From NCBI GenBank assembly GCA_964016885.1, contig OZ024741.1, forward strand, positions 371,194,001-371,258,000: DNA of 64,000 bases, in the 5' to 3' direction. Shown piece after piece: positions 38,045 to 50,759 of this stretch (positions within the stretch are counted from its first letter, which is position 1; the number at the start of each line of letters is the position of its first letter). Below the pieces are notes generated by a model. That model made no database searches. It was not told the origin of the DNA and saw only the letters and a list, made by a program, of their open reading frames with translations. Source of the DNA: Eledone cirrhosa. Lineage: Eukaryota. A program made the position numbers and the translations under genes.

Positions 38045-39480
38045 ATTAGTTGCGCTAATATCCTTTCTGCCACTTTCATAACCTGATCCATCAGTTTTAT
38101 ACCCCTATAATTGCTCCTCTCCACAGCATCCCCTTTACCTTTGTAGCAATTTATGAGAATACTGCTGCACCAATCTTTGGGTATGACACCGCCATATATA
38201 GCCTGATTGATGATGCGTGCAACCAGTTTAGTGCCTACGTCCCCTGATACCTTCAGCATCTCAGCAACTATCCCCGATGGTCCAGCAGCCTTACCATTTT
38301 CATTTCTTTAATCGCCTCTTGGACCCTATATTCATCAATCTCAATAGCTGGTCCCTCTGTCGGATCTACTGAGAGTAATTTCTCTCTCTCCCATTCGTTC
38401 TCCACATTCATCAGTCTCTCATAGTGACATTTCCAGGCCTCCTTTTTCTGATCATTCGTGACACTAAGTACACCGGCATCATTCCGGACACATTTATCTC
38501 CTGATTTGCATTGAATCACTGCCTTGCAATGTGGAACACCGCACGTCTCTGATCTTCCTGTCGCAGAACATTGGCAAACCTCCTACTCTCAACCTCCCTG
38601 CGTGCTAAGTACACCTGACGTCTAGCTTCCCTCTTAGCAGCTATATATCCTTCTCTACTCACACCCTTTTTCCAAGCATTCCATGCTAGTCTTTCATCTC
38701 TAATGGCCCTATCTACCGTACTGTTCCACCTCCAGGTCACTTTCTGTCTGGTTGGAGCTCTGCTCCAGCCACAAGTTTCATCAGTAAGTTGCAGTAAGTT
38801 GTCACATAAGAAATTCCAGTTATCATGTATGTCATACGTCTCTAAATCGTCTTCTTTTTCGTCATACACGTCTTGAAGGGCTTTCCTAAATTTGTATGTT
38901 AGTGAAAGGTCTTTTAGCTGGCAGACTTTTCTTCTCCACACCTTCCTGTATGTCTTATTCTGTCTCTTGCTTACTGAGATATCACTAACGACTAACCTAT
39001 GCTGTGGGGTACATTCTTCCCCAGGGTATGCCTTGGTATTTGACACTATCTATCTATCCCGCTGCCTAACTAGCAAGAAGTATATTGTCTTATCAATCCA
39101 TCTTTCAGCGAGGAAAATGCCTACTCCCCCTAACCCATCGTCCTTACCTACCAGAAAATCTTATAACTAAGATGTTTGCCTGCAATTAGTCTTGCAGAGG
39201 CACCTCTCCATCTCACCTCTTGTACGCACCACACATCCACATGCCTTCTCTCCAGCATCTCCGCTATTTCACCAGATCTACCTGTGAGAGTACCAACATT
39301 AAGTGTTGCAACTCTGAGATGCGACGTCTTCATATTCTTGTTCCTTTTCCTGTAGTGCCATTGCTTGAAAACGGTTGGGTGTTCTCGCACATGGCCGCAC
39401 CAGCCACCCCTCTACGGTGCGCAGCCCTAACATGGTTAGTGTTATTGCTGTTGACGCAGTTGTTGCAATTCTGATTTGTT
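38045..39480 (-). mobile_element. RTE family B 5' half (AP endonuclease and RT N-terminus)
   Basis: LRVATLNVGTLTGR...VQEVRWRG, QHRLVV and NYRGIKL. Overlaps 13203-13281 in sequence; the 3' half is missing. Confidence 0.9.
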
Positions 39481-39933
39481 GTGCTCATAATTTTTTGCAG
39501 TAGTATATATACTGGTTGGATGCCTTCCTAACACCAGCACCACTTTACACCATGGACTGGGTGCTTTTATTCGTGCCACCAGCACTAGAGAAGATGTCTT
39601 ACTGAACTCAGGGGCCCTCTCTACCCCTCCATTTTACAGCATGGTCATAACAATAATTAACAATAATAATAACACTATTAATAATTATGAATTAATGCAA
39701 TCATGTAATGCCTGTGCATGAAGAATATCTTAAAGTGAGGAAAGACTGTGCACTGAGCCAATCCCACTATAGTAGTTGTAACCCGAAAAAAAGAAAAAGA
39801 TCAACATCTTCGGTAACTACTGAACCGCAGGTTTATATCGGAATTAACCCAGTTTCCTGAGATGCCTTCTCCTAGAAGAATGCCCTGACAAGGGCTAGGG
39901 TCCTTCACTCCAAGTGGTTTAACTGCACGTTAG

Positions 39934-40050
<117 letters not shown>

Positions 40051-40743
40051 TATTGAGTAAAATGATAGGAGGCTGGACAGGCGATATTCCTTCAAATTTT
40101 TATTTCTGCAAACATTTCAGTGGCCAGCTTATGTAGGATCCTGGTGACATCATCAGGTGTATGTTGCATAATAGTTATATACTAAAGGAATAATGGTAAA
40201 CACATTCCAAGAGGCTATAAGAAGGAAAAAAAAAGAAAAAAATGTTGTTGACTCAAAGGCAATCGTGCGGGCCAGTTGTTGACAGTTAGGCTGACCGCCT
40301 TCAATATACATATTTGTTTATGTCACATTACCTAGTCAGTGATGAAGACAAGTGGTAAATAACATACTTATGGAATAAAGTATGGGTTATTATTAGGAAA
40401 GACATCCAGCCTTAGAAAAACTGTCCCAAATGTCTTGTCCAACCCATGCTAGCACGGAAAAGTAGACATAAAACGATGAGGATGATCTTGATGATAATGA
40501 TGATAAGTGAAACAATGATATCCAATGAGAAAAACCAGCTAGAAATAGCAGCCAAATCCCTCAAATCATGCCCTACTGTTTTAAAATAAACAAACTTTTT
40601 GGACAATATAGTTCTAGATATACAAGAAAAGAGGGGAAGGGGTTCCTGGCTGAACCATCTTTGACTATAGGCCTGTTAAGTGAGAGCAGACCTGTGGCTA
40701 ACAATTATAACTGGTTTACAGTTCAGTAATTTAAAGTGCAGTA

Positions 40744-40751
40744 TCATCACC

Positions 40752-40831
<80 letters not shown>

Positions 40832-41054
40832 TATCATCATCATCAGTAATGAGTTAGGAACTGTTTACTTCCTAACAGATTGTATGATGCAATATCAATT
40901 TAGTTATCTTCCTATCTTCTTTCCCCATCTCCTCCCCCTGCTCCTCCTCCACCTCTTCCTCCTCCTCCTCCTCCTCCTCCTCCTCCTCCTCCTCCTCCTC
41001 CTCCTCCTCCTCCTCCTCCTCCTCATCATCATCATCATCAATACCACCACCACC

Positions 41055-41088
<34 letters not shown>

Positions 41089-41090
41089 TC
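40744..41090. repeat. Compound trinucleotide microsatellites (CAT)n, (CCT)n, (CAC)n
   Basis: Directly visible in the sequence. Confidence 0.95.
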
Positions 41091-41356
41091 TGCTTTAAAA
41101 AAGCAACGATGATGATAATGATAATGATGATGAAATGGGGACATCTGTTGTTTTATAGCTATTTCTGTATCTATAGCAAGCACAAGTGAAAAACAATGTA
41201 TATAATCCAATTACTGAGATTGTAGATTAACCTATATTTTAATTAGATGAACATTAAATCTTTAAGCTTGTTTACTAACAAGAAGACTGTTCCATGAGAC
41301 ATAGAATTAATAAAACCTTCTGTGTGTATGTATAGACCCATAACTCCTAATGGAGT

Positions 41357-41660
41357 CATCATCATCATCATCATACGGCAGCCTCAGCCGAAATGGACTC
41401 AACAATTGATCTCCACATTGCCGTTGCCAAGTCCTGGATTTCAATACCAGAATCTCAGGAGATGACATCAGGATAGAAGAGCTCGCGCCCCCTTTTATTA
41501 GTGACTGCTTGTGGTTTCCAAAGCACTAATGGGGACACAGCCTCATAGGTGGTACGATGGCAATGGCCAGCAAATCTTACTCTCCTTTTACGTACAACGA
41601 CAGATATGCGTGGGAGGCTGGCATACATTTCTCTCAAAGGCAGATGTTGCTAGCTTATGT
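41357..41660 (-). mobile_element. RTE-type LINE family D 3' end
   Basis: Encodes RKRRVRFAGHCHR...GR with a (GAT)n tail. Related to 58700-59210. Confidence 0.75.
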
Positions 41661-41692
41661 TCTGAATGGAATCATAGAGGCACTGTCATGAC

Positions 41693-41841
41693 CATTGCCA
41701 GATTTACCATTGTGCTTAGGTATGGTTAAACAGTGGGGCCATCTTCCTGTCAAAAGAATTTTTTACGATGAATTTTTTTACGAGTAAGGGGCCTCATAAC
41801 TTAACTGGCACAGAGCCTCATTTGTCCTAAATCTAGCACTG
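41693..41841. mobile_element. hAT-like MITE
   Basis: TIR CATTGCCAGATTTA / TAAATCTAGCACTG with an 8-bp TSD GTCATGAC/TTCATGAC. Confidence 0.65.
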
Positions 41842-43867
41842 TTCATGACAAGGGTATTTTAAACCTGGTGGATCACATCCCTCTCCATGCCAGGACACAG
41901 TTAATTTCTTCCAGAGAGATAGAGGAAGACTCAACCCCAGTGCTGGACTGGTACTTTTTATAGACCTTTGTCTTCCATCCTTCCGAAATTCAACGAAATA
42001 AAGCATCAGTTAGGTGTGTGTGGGGGGGGGGGGGGGGGGGGGGGGGATATTATTAACGATTTTTTTTATCGTCCACGAAAGGATAAAAGGCAAAGTTGAC
42101 CTTGGCAGAATTTGAACTCAGAAAACAGAGAGCTGGAACAAATACCATAAAGCATTCTATCTGATGTTCTCACAACTCTGCCAATTCATCACCTTAGGGC
42201 ACAGATAGCTGTGACAAATACCACAAAACATTTTACTTGATGTTCTTGATGTTTACCACCTTAAAACTTTCTGAAAGAATAGTCAAATGTTTTAAATAGT
42301 ACAATAGTCAAATAACTTAATATCACTGTTTATAGTCAATACATTTAATATTTTGAGCTTGATGTTTGGCAGGAACATATATCAGGAATAAAAAGGATTT
42401 CATTTCATTTTTGCCGTTTGCTGCATTATTATAATCACTTAGCCATTGCTAGACACTTGCTACTCCATCTCATCAAACACTCTGCTCTCTGCTATTGCAT
42501 GTGGCAACACTCTGTGGTTTCACCAGGCGCATACAAAGTTGCTAATAGATCCAGGCCGGATGTGAAATATAGGCTCCATTTCAAACTGTTCAGTAAGCAT
42601 TTCAAAATACATAAAATGCATGGTGCACCCTGACAAGTGCAGCAATATATATATTTCCCAATTCTTCATTATTTTCAAAATGATTTCAAAATCATAGGCA
42701 ATGTCTTTCATAAGAAATATGATAACAAAAGTTTTTATACAGAAAATATTTTCATATTTACACCCACACTATATTTTAATCATCAAGTGCCTTATTTTAT
42801 AATATGTACATAGCAACAGACAGGATACAAACCAGGAACTCATTTTCAGAGTACAAAAACCAAAATGAATAATACTGTTCACCATTTAGCGAAGGATATA
42901 TACAGAAAGAAATGAAATCTTGTGACAGTGACAGACAAGACTAGAACTCATATTTCCTGATTAATACATCACCATCATCATCAACATCAATTGTTTTTAC
43001 ATTAACTTTCCCATGCTGGCATGAGTTGGGTGGGGATGGTTTTTCAGACAATGTTTTACAACCAGATGCCCTTCCTGACACCAACCCTATTAATCACTTC
43101 TTATGACATGCAAATATATATCATAGGTGTGCCTATTCCCAAAACCAGGATACACACAATATTCAGTACACAAAAAAAAGTAAATTCAAAAGTACAAAAA
43201 GTACCTACAATATGTCAGACTGAAAAAAAATTAAATTATAAAGGTGAAACCATATTTAATGTTTAGAACACATCCTACCAAAGTTAGCTTTTCTTTTCAA
43301 GCTTAGGGGGTCAATAAAACAAATTACCAGTAACACACTGAGGTCAATTTATTCAACTTTCCTCCCTTCCCTTTAAATTGCTGGCCTTGCGCAAAAAGTA
43401 AAAACAAATATTTATAACATTAAAGGGTGTTGAATTGACAAAATTAGTACAGCATCTAATCTACTTGTTCCAGCTCTTAACATTCTGTTTCAATATTGTG
43501 AAGTTCAACTTTGCCTGTCATCAATCTGGGGTTGAAAAAATAAAGTACAAGTAAAGTAGTGAACTTGATTTTATCAAATTTGCCGTTCTCCTAAAATGCT
43601 GCCTTTGTATCTAAATTAGAAATCAGCATTTAGAACATTGAACAATTATCATATATTTGAAACTGGGTTTAAGAGAAATCTGAGGTGGTGTGCAGGAGAG
43701 AAGACTGCATTGGTATGGAGATGTGATTCATATGGATGATGATCGATTAGTGAAGAAATGTCAGGAAATGCCAGTGGAAGGAAGCTGCAGTAGAGGTAAA
43801 CCAAGAAAGACCTGGGCAGAAGTGGTGAGAGCTGACCGCAATCACTGAAACTCACAGAGATGACAAC

Positions 43868-44495
43868 ACAGCGTGTTTAGGGCAGTGAACCTTCTCCTTT
43901 GAGCACATAATTTACAGGGAATAGCGAGAGTCTATGGCTCCGTTAATTTATCGTGATATTTCGCTCCTTATAACAGTCTTTCCTCTCTCTCTGTTTGGTT
44001 GAGCACACTTCTCTGAGTGGTTTGTGCTGCCCTTTCTAGCAGCTCGTCCCTCAGAAGCCACTGGTTCACTGCCCTAAACACGCTGTGACTTCTCTCTCCC
44101 ACGTGTAGCTGGACGGTCGCTTTAAATTCTCTTAGAGTTGTCTGAAATGTATAGCCTTACACATGCTGATGAACCATGGGCTATTTCATTTCTGTCAACA
44201 ACTTATTGGCGAAACAGATCTCTTTAGATTTGTATGTGTGTTATATAGTTATAGAGGTATGTATTTACACTTTAATTTATATTTTTAATTATCGTGTGTC
44301 TACTCTGCCTTTCATAGGTTATATATTCCATACACTGGTGGTTTTTCCCTGTTTTAGTGATGGCGCACTATCTCTCTCTAGTGTGTTACCTTTTCAACAT
44401 ATTGTATTTTAAAGAGCTCAGGATTCCTTCTCCTTTGAGCACATTATTGACAGGGAATGGCGAGGGCCTATGGCTCCGTTAATTTATCGTGATAT
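43868..44495 (+). mobile_element. Penelope-like pseudo-LTR element
   Basis: 25-bp inverted repeat (~43868-43892 / ~44063-44087), ~70-bp direct repeat (~43891-43959 / ~44426-44495), hammerhead at 44160-44240, ending in (TA)n. Confidence 0.7.
44160..44240 (+). ncRNA. Type I hammerhead ribozyme with full-length stem III
   Basis: CACATG-CTGATGA-aCCA...TGGc-GAA-ACAGATCT cttt AGATTTGT-A-TGTGTG (GUA site). Some pairs are G:U and the first stem II pair is mismatched. Confidence 0.65.
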
Positions 44496-44506
44496 ATATA
44501 TATATA

Positions 44507-47500
44507 CTAGCAGTTTAGCCCGGCGTTGCTCGGGTTTGTTCATTTGCTATGAAAAGTTACATACAGGTAAACGTGGCTTGAAAGCGAATAAGCTTATCAA
44601 TTAAGCGCATAAAGCAGTTGAACCGGTTATTAAAAGTTACGAACCAATTAGCATTTTGGACAATCAATGATAGGTTAATAATCTTCCAATAGCGAATCTA
44701 GTAGACCAAAGTTGCAAGATGGTGGCCCTGATGCCGCTGGGTGTCAGATCTGTCCGCCATGGGTGACCCTACCAGTTTTCCAGATGGCATAGCTCCAACA
44801 CCTCCAACACCTGCACCAACATCTATAGCACCTCTTTGTAGACTATATTGCATGTCATCCCTTGAGGAGTGTAAGCAAAAAGTCCATTCCTGCTCCCTAC
44901 GCGGGAACAGGCAACATAAAGTTGGCCATGGGAGAAGCATGGCTCCCCCAAATGGATGCCCACCACCGACAATTTTTGTGACTTGTTAATGGACATGGCA
45001 AAACATGATCTCACCGGGAATTGGGATCGCCGGAAATCGAACGGGATATCTGACGCCAAGGGGAAAAGGTTCATCCTTGGAATGAAAACATTCTCCCCTC
45101 TCCTGCACCCCCGTTACAATGGTGGCCTCAATCAAGTGGGGCGTCAGTGACTTGATGACCATGTGAGTACCGTTGCACTGCTATGGTGGACGCAAGTTCC
45201 TTATTAGCATAATGGGACAGCCAACCCTAAGTTTAAGAATGTGAGGTGGGAGCCCTGTGGGCTCAAGGGAATTTAATAATTCAACCGGATAATTAACGAT
45301 ATCGTCAGGGTCTGACATCCGGTCGATAGATTTGAAGATGTGCTCTTTACCGGGAATCTTCTCAATCAGCTGCTCGTTAATAAAATTAACCATGGTATTT
45401 TTCGGAGCAAGGATGGCTCTTTCCCTGAGCCAATTGAGGTTTTTAAAGTTAGATGAGACATTAGGAAAAACTGCTTACCAAAGGTCAGAAGGGCTGCTCA
45501 CAATGTTGCACAGGGAGTCGATTGCTATGCTGCCCTTGTCATCCGCAGGGACTTTGCCCTCACCAAGTGCTAAAATGTTCTGAGCAAATGCTGCAGACAT
45601 GTTGTCACCATGCAAATGAGCACGCATTTTTGTGCTCAGATACAAACTCTTCATCTGGAGCCACAACATGGACGACTTAAGGCAGGCACACACTTCATCA
45701 GCTCTTGTCCCTTTGGGGATGACAGGTAGTGTTTGCCGAAAATCCCCTGATAGCAGAAGGGTTACGTCACCCATATGAGCCGTACAATGCCTAATGTCTT
45801 TCAGGGTTCTGTCCAATGCCTCAAGGGCACCCTTGTGTTCCATTGTGCACTCATCCCAAACAATGAGGCAACATATTTTGAGAACCAGAGCTTCGTGTGA
45901 ACTCTTGCTGATATTGCATGTTGGTGTCTCAGTTTTTACTAAATCCAAGGGGAGTTTAAAGGTTGAATGTGCTGTCCTGCCTCTCGGCAGCAAAGTAGCA
46001 GCGGTCCCGGATGATGCAACGGCCAACACAACTTTTTTCTCCTGACGAATCTTAGCGAGAATCAATTTCGCTACAAAAGTTTTTCGGGTACCCCTAGGAG
46101 CATCGAGAAAATAAATACCCCCAGTCTGATTTTGAACTGCGTCAATGATAGTTAAATAGATCAACCTTTGGTCCAACAGAAGTTTGGGCTCATTTTCCTC
46201 TAAGTATTCGGAAAGAGATTCGATGTCAAATGCTGTTTCCCGCAACAAATCCGGGGCCAACGTGTTAGCTTCCTCTCTGACGGTTGACGGCAAGCCATAC
46301 GTCGCCAACTAGCTTCCACCCATGTCGAGGAGGGCGTCCTCGATATCAATGAGTGCCCTGTTGTAGATAATGTGGCTGTAACCAACTTCCACTGAAGTAT
46401 ACTGCAGATGAGCCAGGCGCAGGAAGTCCTCAGACATGAAGTCTCTGTACTTGACCCATAAAGATTTGGGATCACCCAATTTACACTTTTGAAGCAAAAT
46501 GGCAAAGAGTTCCCGTAGACCTTTAGGTGATTTCAACAAAGCACCCTCTGCTAAAGTGGAATCCCATTGCGAATCATCTTCCAAAAGACCACGCTTAAAA
46601 CAGCATCCTGGTACATATCACCTATTTCTCCATCAACAGTTTTGAGGTTCTGAAAACTTTGTGGGCCTACAACTTCATGCAGAAGAAGGCGGAGATGAAA
46701 GCACTCATGCTGACTTGGGGGCACAGTGTAAACCCTTCCAAGACAGCTGTCAAATTTTACATCAGGATGTCTTTCAACAGCCTGACCTGACTTTCTTCGC
46801 ACCCAAGTGTTCGACCATATAAAGTAGGATGGAACCTGGGGCACACAATTGTTTGCGCAAATGTATCAAACTGGCAAAGTTTGAAGAAACCCGTCAGAGT
46901 GGTCTCTTTCAGATCAGTGGCCAACTTGGCGGCAGTTTGGTCCGTAAAGTAAACCCTTTGTCCATTTTCCAAATGTACCGCAAGCTGTACGATGGCGGGG
47001 TGCCGTTGGTGTAGGGGTAAACCAAATAGGCGCCAAAAAGCTTCATTGCTACTGATGTACCGCCCCGCCAGGTATTCTGTGACCTCATCCCTGCTATTTT
47101 CAGCTTGAAATGCGAACATTGCGGCATCAGAGCCCTTATTTACATATTTGCATATGTATTTTATCGACTTGACGGAGTTGTAAAACTCAACGTTGATGTG
47201 GCCGTTGAACATCTTGAAAAGAACCGGGCAGTAAGGGACCACCCATCTATTGTCGACTTGACCTCCCCTTACTGTTGTGGTGAAGCCACCGTTCTCGGGC
47301 CGTCTCCGCCTGTACCCGTCGCAACCAGTCTGAGTCTGGTCAACAAATTTTTTGGGGTATCCCTTACTGCATGACCTCCCTTTTAGACATGTGTGATGCT
47401 CATTAGGACCCGACGCACACGGACCATGTTAGCTCTGATGATGTCATGTAATTCCTGGTCAGTTGCTGGGTTAGGGATTTCAGCCGAAATGAAGCTGTCT

Positions 47501-48069
47501 ATGGCATTTGAATTGATTTTATCAGCTAACCAAATCAAAATGTGAGCATGTGTCAGCCCTCGTTTTTGCCATTCGACGGTGAACATGTCACATTTTACAG
47601 CCCCAAATACCTGACCTTTTTGATTAAAGCCATGAGTTTAGCCAGTTTCAGTCTGAACACTCTGGCAATGAGGTCATGTCTGTTCGAATAATTTTGCCCA
47701 GGAAAACGTTCACGGGTTACATTCCGATTCATATGTCTATAGCATTAATCTATTATATGAAGTGTTATTTTGCGGGTTGTTATTTGCAATAAGCCGATTG
47801 AAAATTCCCCAGATAAGCCGCATGTCAATACGGAACGCTCCACTGCAGTGTTGTCATATAGGGAGTGAAGAGCGACAGAGAGAGTAAAGCAGTTAAATTA
47901 TAGAGAGGGGGAATGATCATGATCGATTTTTGCCCTTATTGTTGATGGATTTGAAATTTTTTTGCTTCATGACCTTTTCCTGACCAAAAGCAATAATTGT
48001 CCCGATTTTGAATAGAATCCGTTGTGGACGTGCTTACCTTACAAACCTTAATACACACATCCTCAGCTT

Positions 48070-48148
<79 letters not shown>

Positions 48149-48549
48149 GTGTGTATATGTATATATATGTATATATATATATATGTATATATAAGTATAT
48201 ATGTATATATAAGTATATATGTATATATGTGTGTGCGTGTGTGTGTGTAAATGTAGCGAAGATAATACGTCAGCAATGACGTGTTCGTCAGAATGTCGTT
48301 ATGCAGACAGCCAGACATACAGACAGATATTATAAGGGCTTGACGGTGATCAATAACCGACTCCTAACACCCCTTTAATAACAGAATATTGAAAAATAAA
48401 GTTAGTATCTTTAGACCGCAAGGAATAAATGCAAGTTTGAAGTCAATCAGAGTAGAAATGTGGATTTGTATAGACTTTGCAAAAATGAGGATACACACAC
48501 ACAAACAACAACAGTTTTATATATATGTATAGATGTATAGATGTATAGA
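44507..48549 (-). mobile_element. Helitron, decayed Rep-helicase copy with both termini
   Basis: 3' end CCCGAGCAACGCCGGG hairpin ...CTAG|T at 44507 and 5' end A|TCTATAC...ATATAAAACTG at ~48533-48549. Rep motifs VEWQKRGLTHAHILIW and SIKYICKYVNKG. PIF1 helicase motifs DAPRGTRKT, IVWDECTM, GDFRQTLPV and FSHGQLYVACSRV. Multiple stops and frameshifts; the Rep N-terminus is deleted. Confidence 0.93.
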
Positions 48550-48551
48550 TA

Positions 48552-49531
48552 TATTTCTTTATTAGCCACAGGGGCACAAAAGAAGGGGACAAATACAAAG
48601 GGGGAAGTTTACATACAATAAAAACGTGTAAAATGTTATCACAGATGGAATTTAAAAGTTAGTCGATTTTCCCCAATAGAGGGAGACAGTTTATATGGGT
48701 AACACATACCCCCGAAAAAAAATGTGCAACCCTCATCTCCAGGAGTACGAAGAGCTTGTACTCCTTTCCTCTCCTCCTCCTTTTCCTCAACCTACAGGCT
48801 GATATAGAGAGAAGGCCCATTCACTCGGGCCATTCTCGCCACTTTCACCCACCTTTCATAAAACTTGCTGGGGTACAGCACCTCTCTCTCCATCCTGATT
48901 CTTCTTCCAAAGTGGTATTTGAAAAAAAGAATCAGTTGTTGGCCGGAGAGAAAGGTGTCTGACCTCAGCCCTTTCAACCTTGTCCACCATACAACCTCTT
49001 TCGCTATAGCTATCACACAAAGGAAAACCGCCTCTCCTTCGTTTTTGAAGGAGGGTGGCGGTTTGATCATGACAATGGACTCGGTGGTCAACTGGATTGG
49101 TCCCACCCGCGACAATAGTCGTTCTACATAGCCCCACAGGTCAGTGACGCCCGGGCAGTATATGAATGCGTGCGCGACGGTTTCTTCGTCTCGCACGCAC
49201 CTCGGACAGATCTTTTTTGCAGGGTCCCTGCCCGGGCGCCCATGTCTGTAGAGCTTGTCTCGAACTGGTAGAGCTCCTCGGTAGCACTGCCAGGCCAGGG
49301 ACTTTTGGAAGTTGTCCATCGGTCCCGGGCGGAAGGTCCTACCGAACAGACTGGCCAGTTCATCTTCCTCTACGCCTAGAGTTTCACCGAGCGCGTCGTC
49401 GCACTTGCTGCGGACCAACCCTCTATAGAATGACGAAGTGGAGTCTCCACTGATCTCCGGGTCCGCCTGCCAGAGGGCTGTGAGCGCCTGAGCACATTCG
49501 ATGTGCCAGTCGCCCATTTTCCTCGCGAGAC
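48552..49531 (-). mobile_element. L1/Tx1-clade LINE, 5'-truncated (zf-RVT C-terminus plus 3' UTR)
   Basis: Encodes LAWQCYRGALPVRDKL...CPRCVRDEETVAHAFIYC..LW. The 3' UTR ends AATAAAAGAAAT. A 9-bp flanking duplication GTATAGATA lies at 48543-48551 and 49532-49540. Confidence 0.85.
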
Positions 49532-49979
49532 GTATAGATAGATAAATGGGAAAGCCTAACATGAATGCTTTTATGGAAGTTATTAGTGTTATAATATACA
49601 ATAGACTATAAATTTAGAACTATAAAAGAATACATAATATAAACTGAAACCAATAAAGTAGTACACACCCAAATAAGTTTCTTTTTCTCTTTTGTCACCT
49701 GTACCAGAAAATTTGTATAAAGTCAGTAGTGCATTGGATCAAACCTTATTGTTATTGTGAATTAAACATTTTATGCTTTAGGTTGATTAGCAGTATTGGT
49801 AGAGGGTCAAACGCCTTGCTTTGCAGCATAGAGTTACGGCCTTTTACATTGTGAGTTCAAATCCCGCCGGGTTTAACTTTGCCTTTCATCCTTATGAGGC
49901 CGATAAAATAAAGCACAAGTAATGCACTGGGATAATTGCTGTCCTTGTGCCAAAAGTAGAAACAATTATTACTTATATA

Positions 49980-50565
49980 TTTACAGTGTGTGTTGGATTC
50001 TTTTTGTCATGACACCTATGCAAACACTTTACAGTTTGAGCTGGGTGCTTTTTGTTGTGACATCTACATGACCACTTTACAGCGTGGGCTGGGTGGTTTT
50101 TGTTGTGACATCTACATGACCACTTTACAGTGTGAGCTGGGTGCTTTTTGTTGTGACATCTACATGACCACTTTACAGCGTGGACTGGGTGGTTTTTGTT
50201 GTGACATCTACATGACCACTTTACAGTGTGAGCTGGGTGCTTTTTGTCGTGACATCTACATGACCACTTTACAGTGTTTGCTGGGTGCTCTTTGTCGTGA
50301 CATCTACATGACCACTTTACAGTGGGGGCTGGGTGCTTTTTGTCGTGACATCTACATGACCACTTTACAGTGTGAGCTGGGTGTTTTTTATCATGAAATC
50401 TAGATGACCACTTTACAGTGTGGGCTGGGTGGTTTTTGTCGTGACATCTACTTGACCACTTTACAGTGTGAGCTGGGTACGTTTTGTGAAATCTATATGA
50501 CCACTTTACAGTGTGGGCTGGGTGTTTTTTGTCATGTCACCTACACAACTACTTTACTGTGTAGG
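49980..50565. repeat. 48-bp minisatellite (~12 copies) inside an RTE 3' UTR
   Basis: Unit GACATCTACATGACCACTTTACAGTGTGAGCTGGGTGCTTTTTGTTGT with alternating A/B variants. The same unit occurs 1-3 times in other RTE 3' UTRs in the window. Confidence 0.9.
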
Positions 50566-50759
50566 ATGGGGACTTGGGTGAGAAGAGGTGTGTGGGGTTT
50601 GGGGAGATAGATCTAGGGATGTGTGTGAGTTGCAGAGTGTTAGGGTGTGGGTGGAGTGTCATGACGTGGAAAGTGCAAGGGAGAGGGGTGTAGACGAAGG
50701 GAAGGATGTTAGGACGTGGAGGTGTATGGAAGGGGGAGGGGAAGCTAGTGCATGCAGGA

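Noticed and set aside
40680-41210. Poly-Ile/Leu/Glu/Arg ORFs
   Set aside because: Translations of trinucleotide microsatellites.
42400-42711. Possible minus-strand exon in unique sequence
   Set aside because: No recognisable protein similarity in any frame and no partner exons.
49980-50610. CRISPR-like or Cys-rich repeat-protein reading of the 48-bp array
   Set aside because: The units are contiguous with no unique spacers, the context is eukaryotic, and the unit derives from the RTE 3' UTR.
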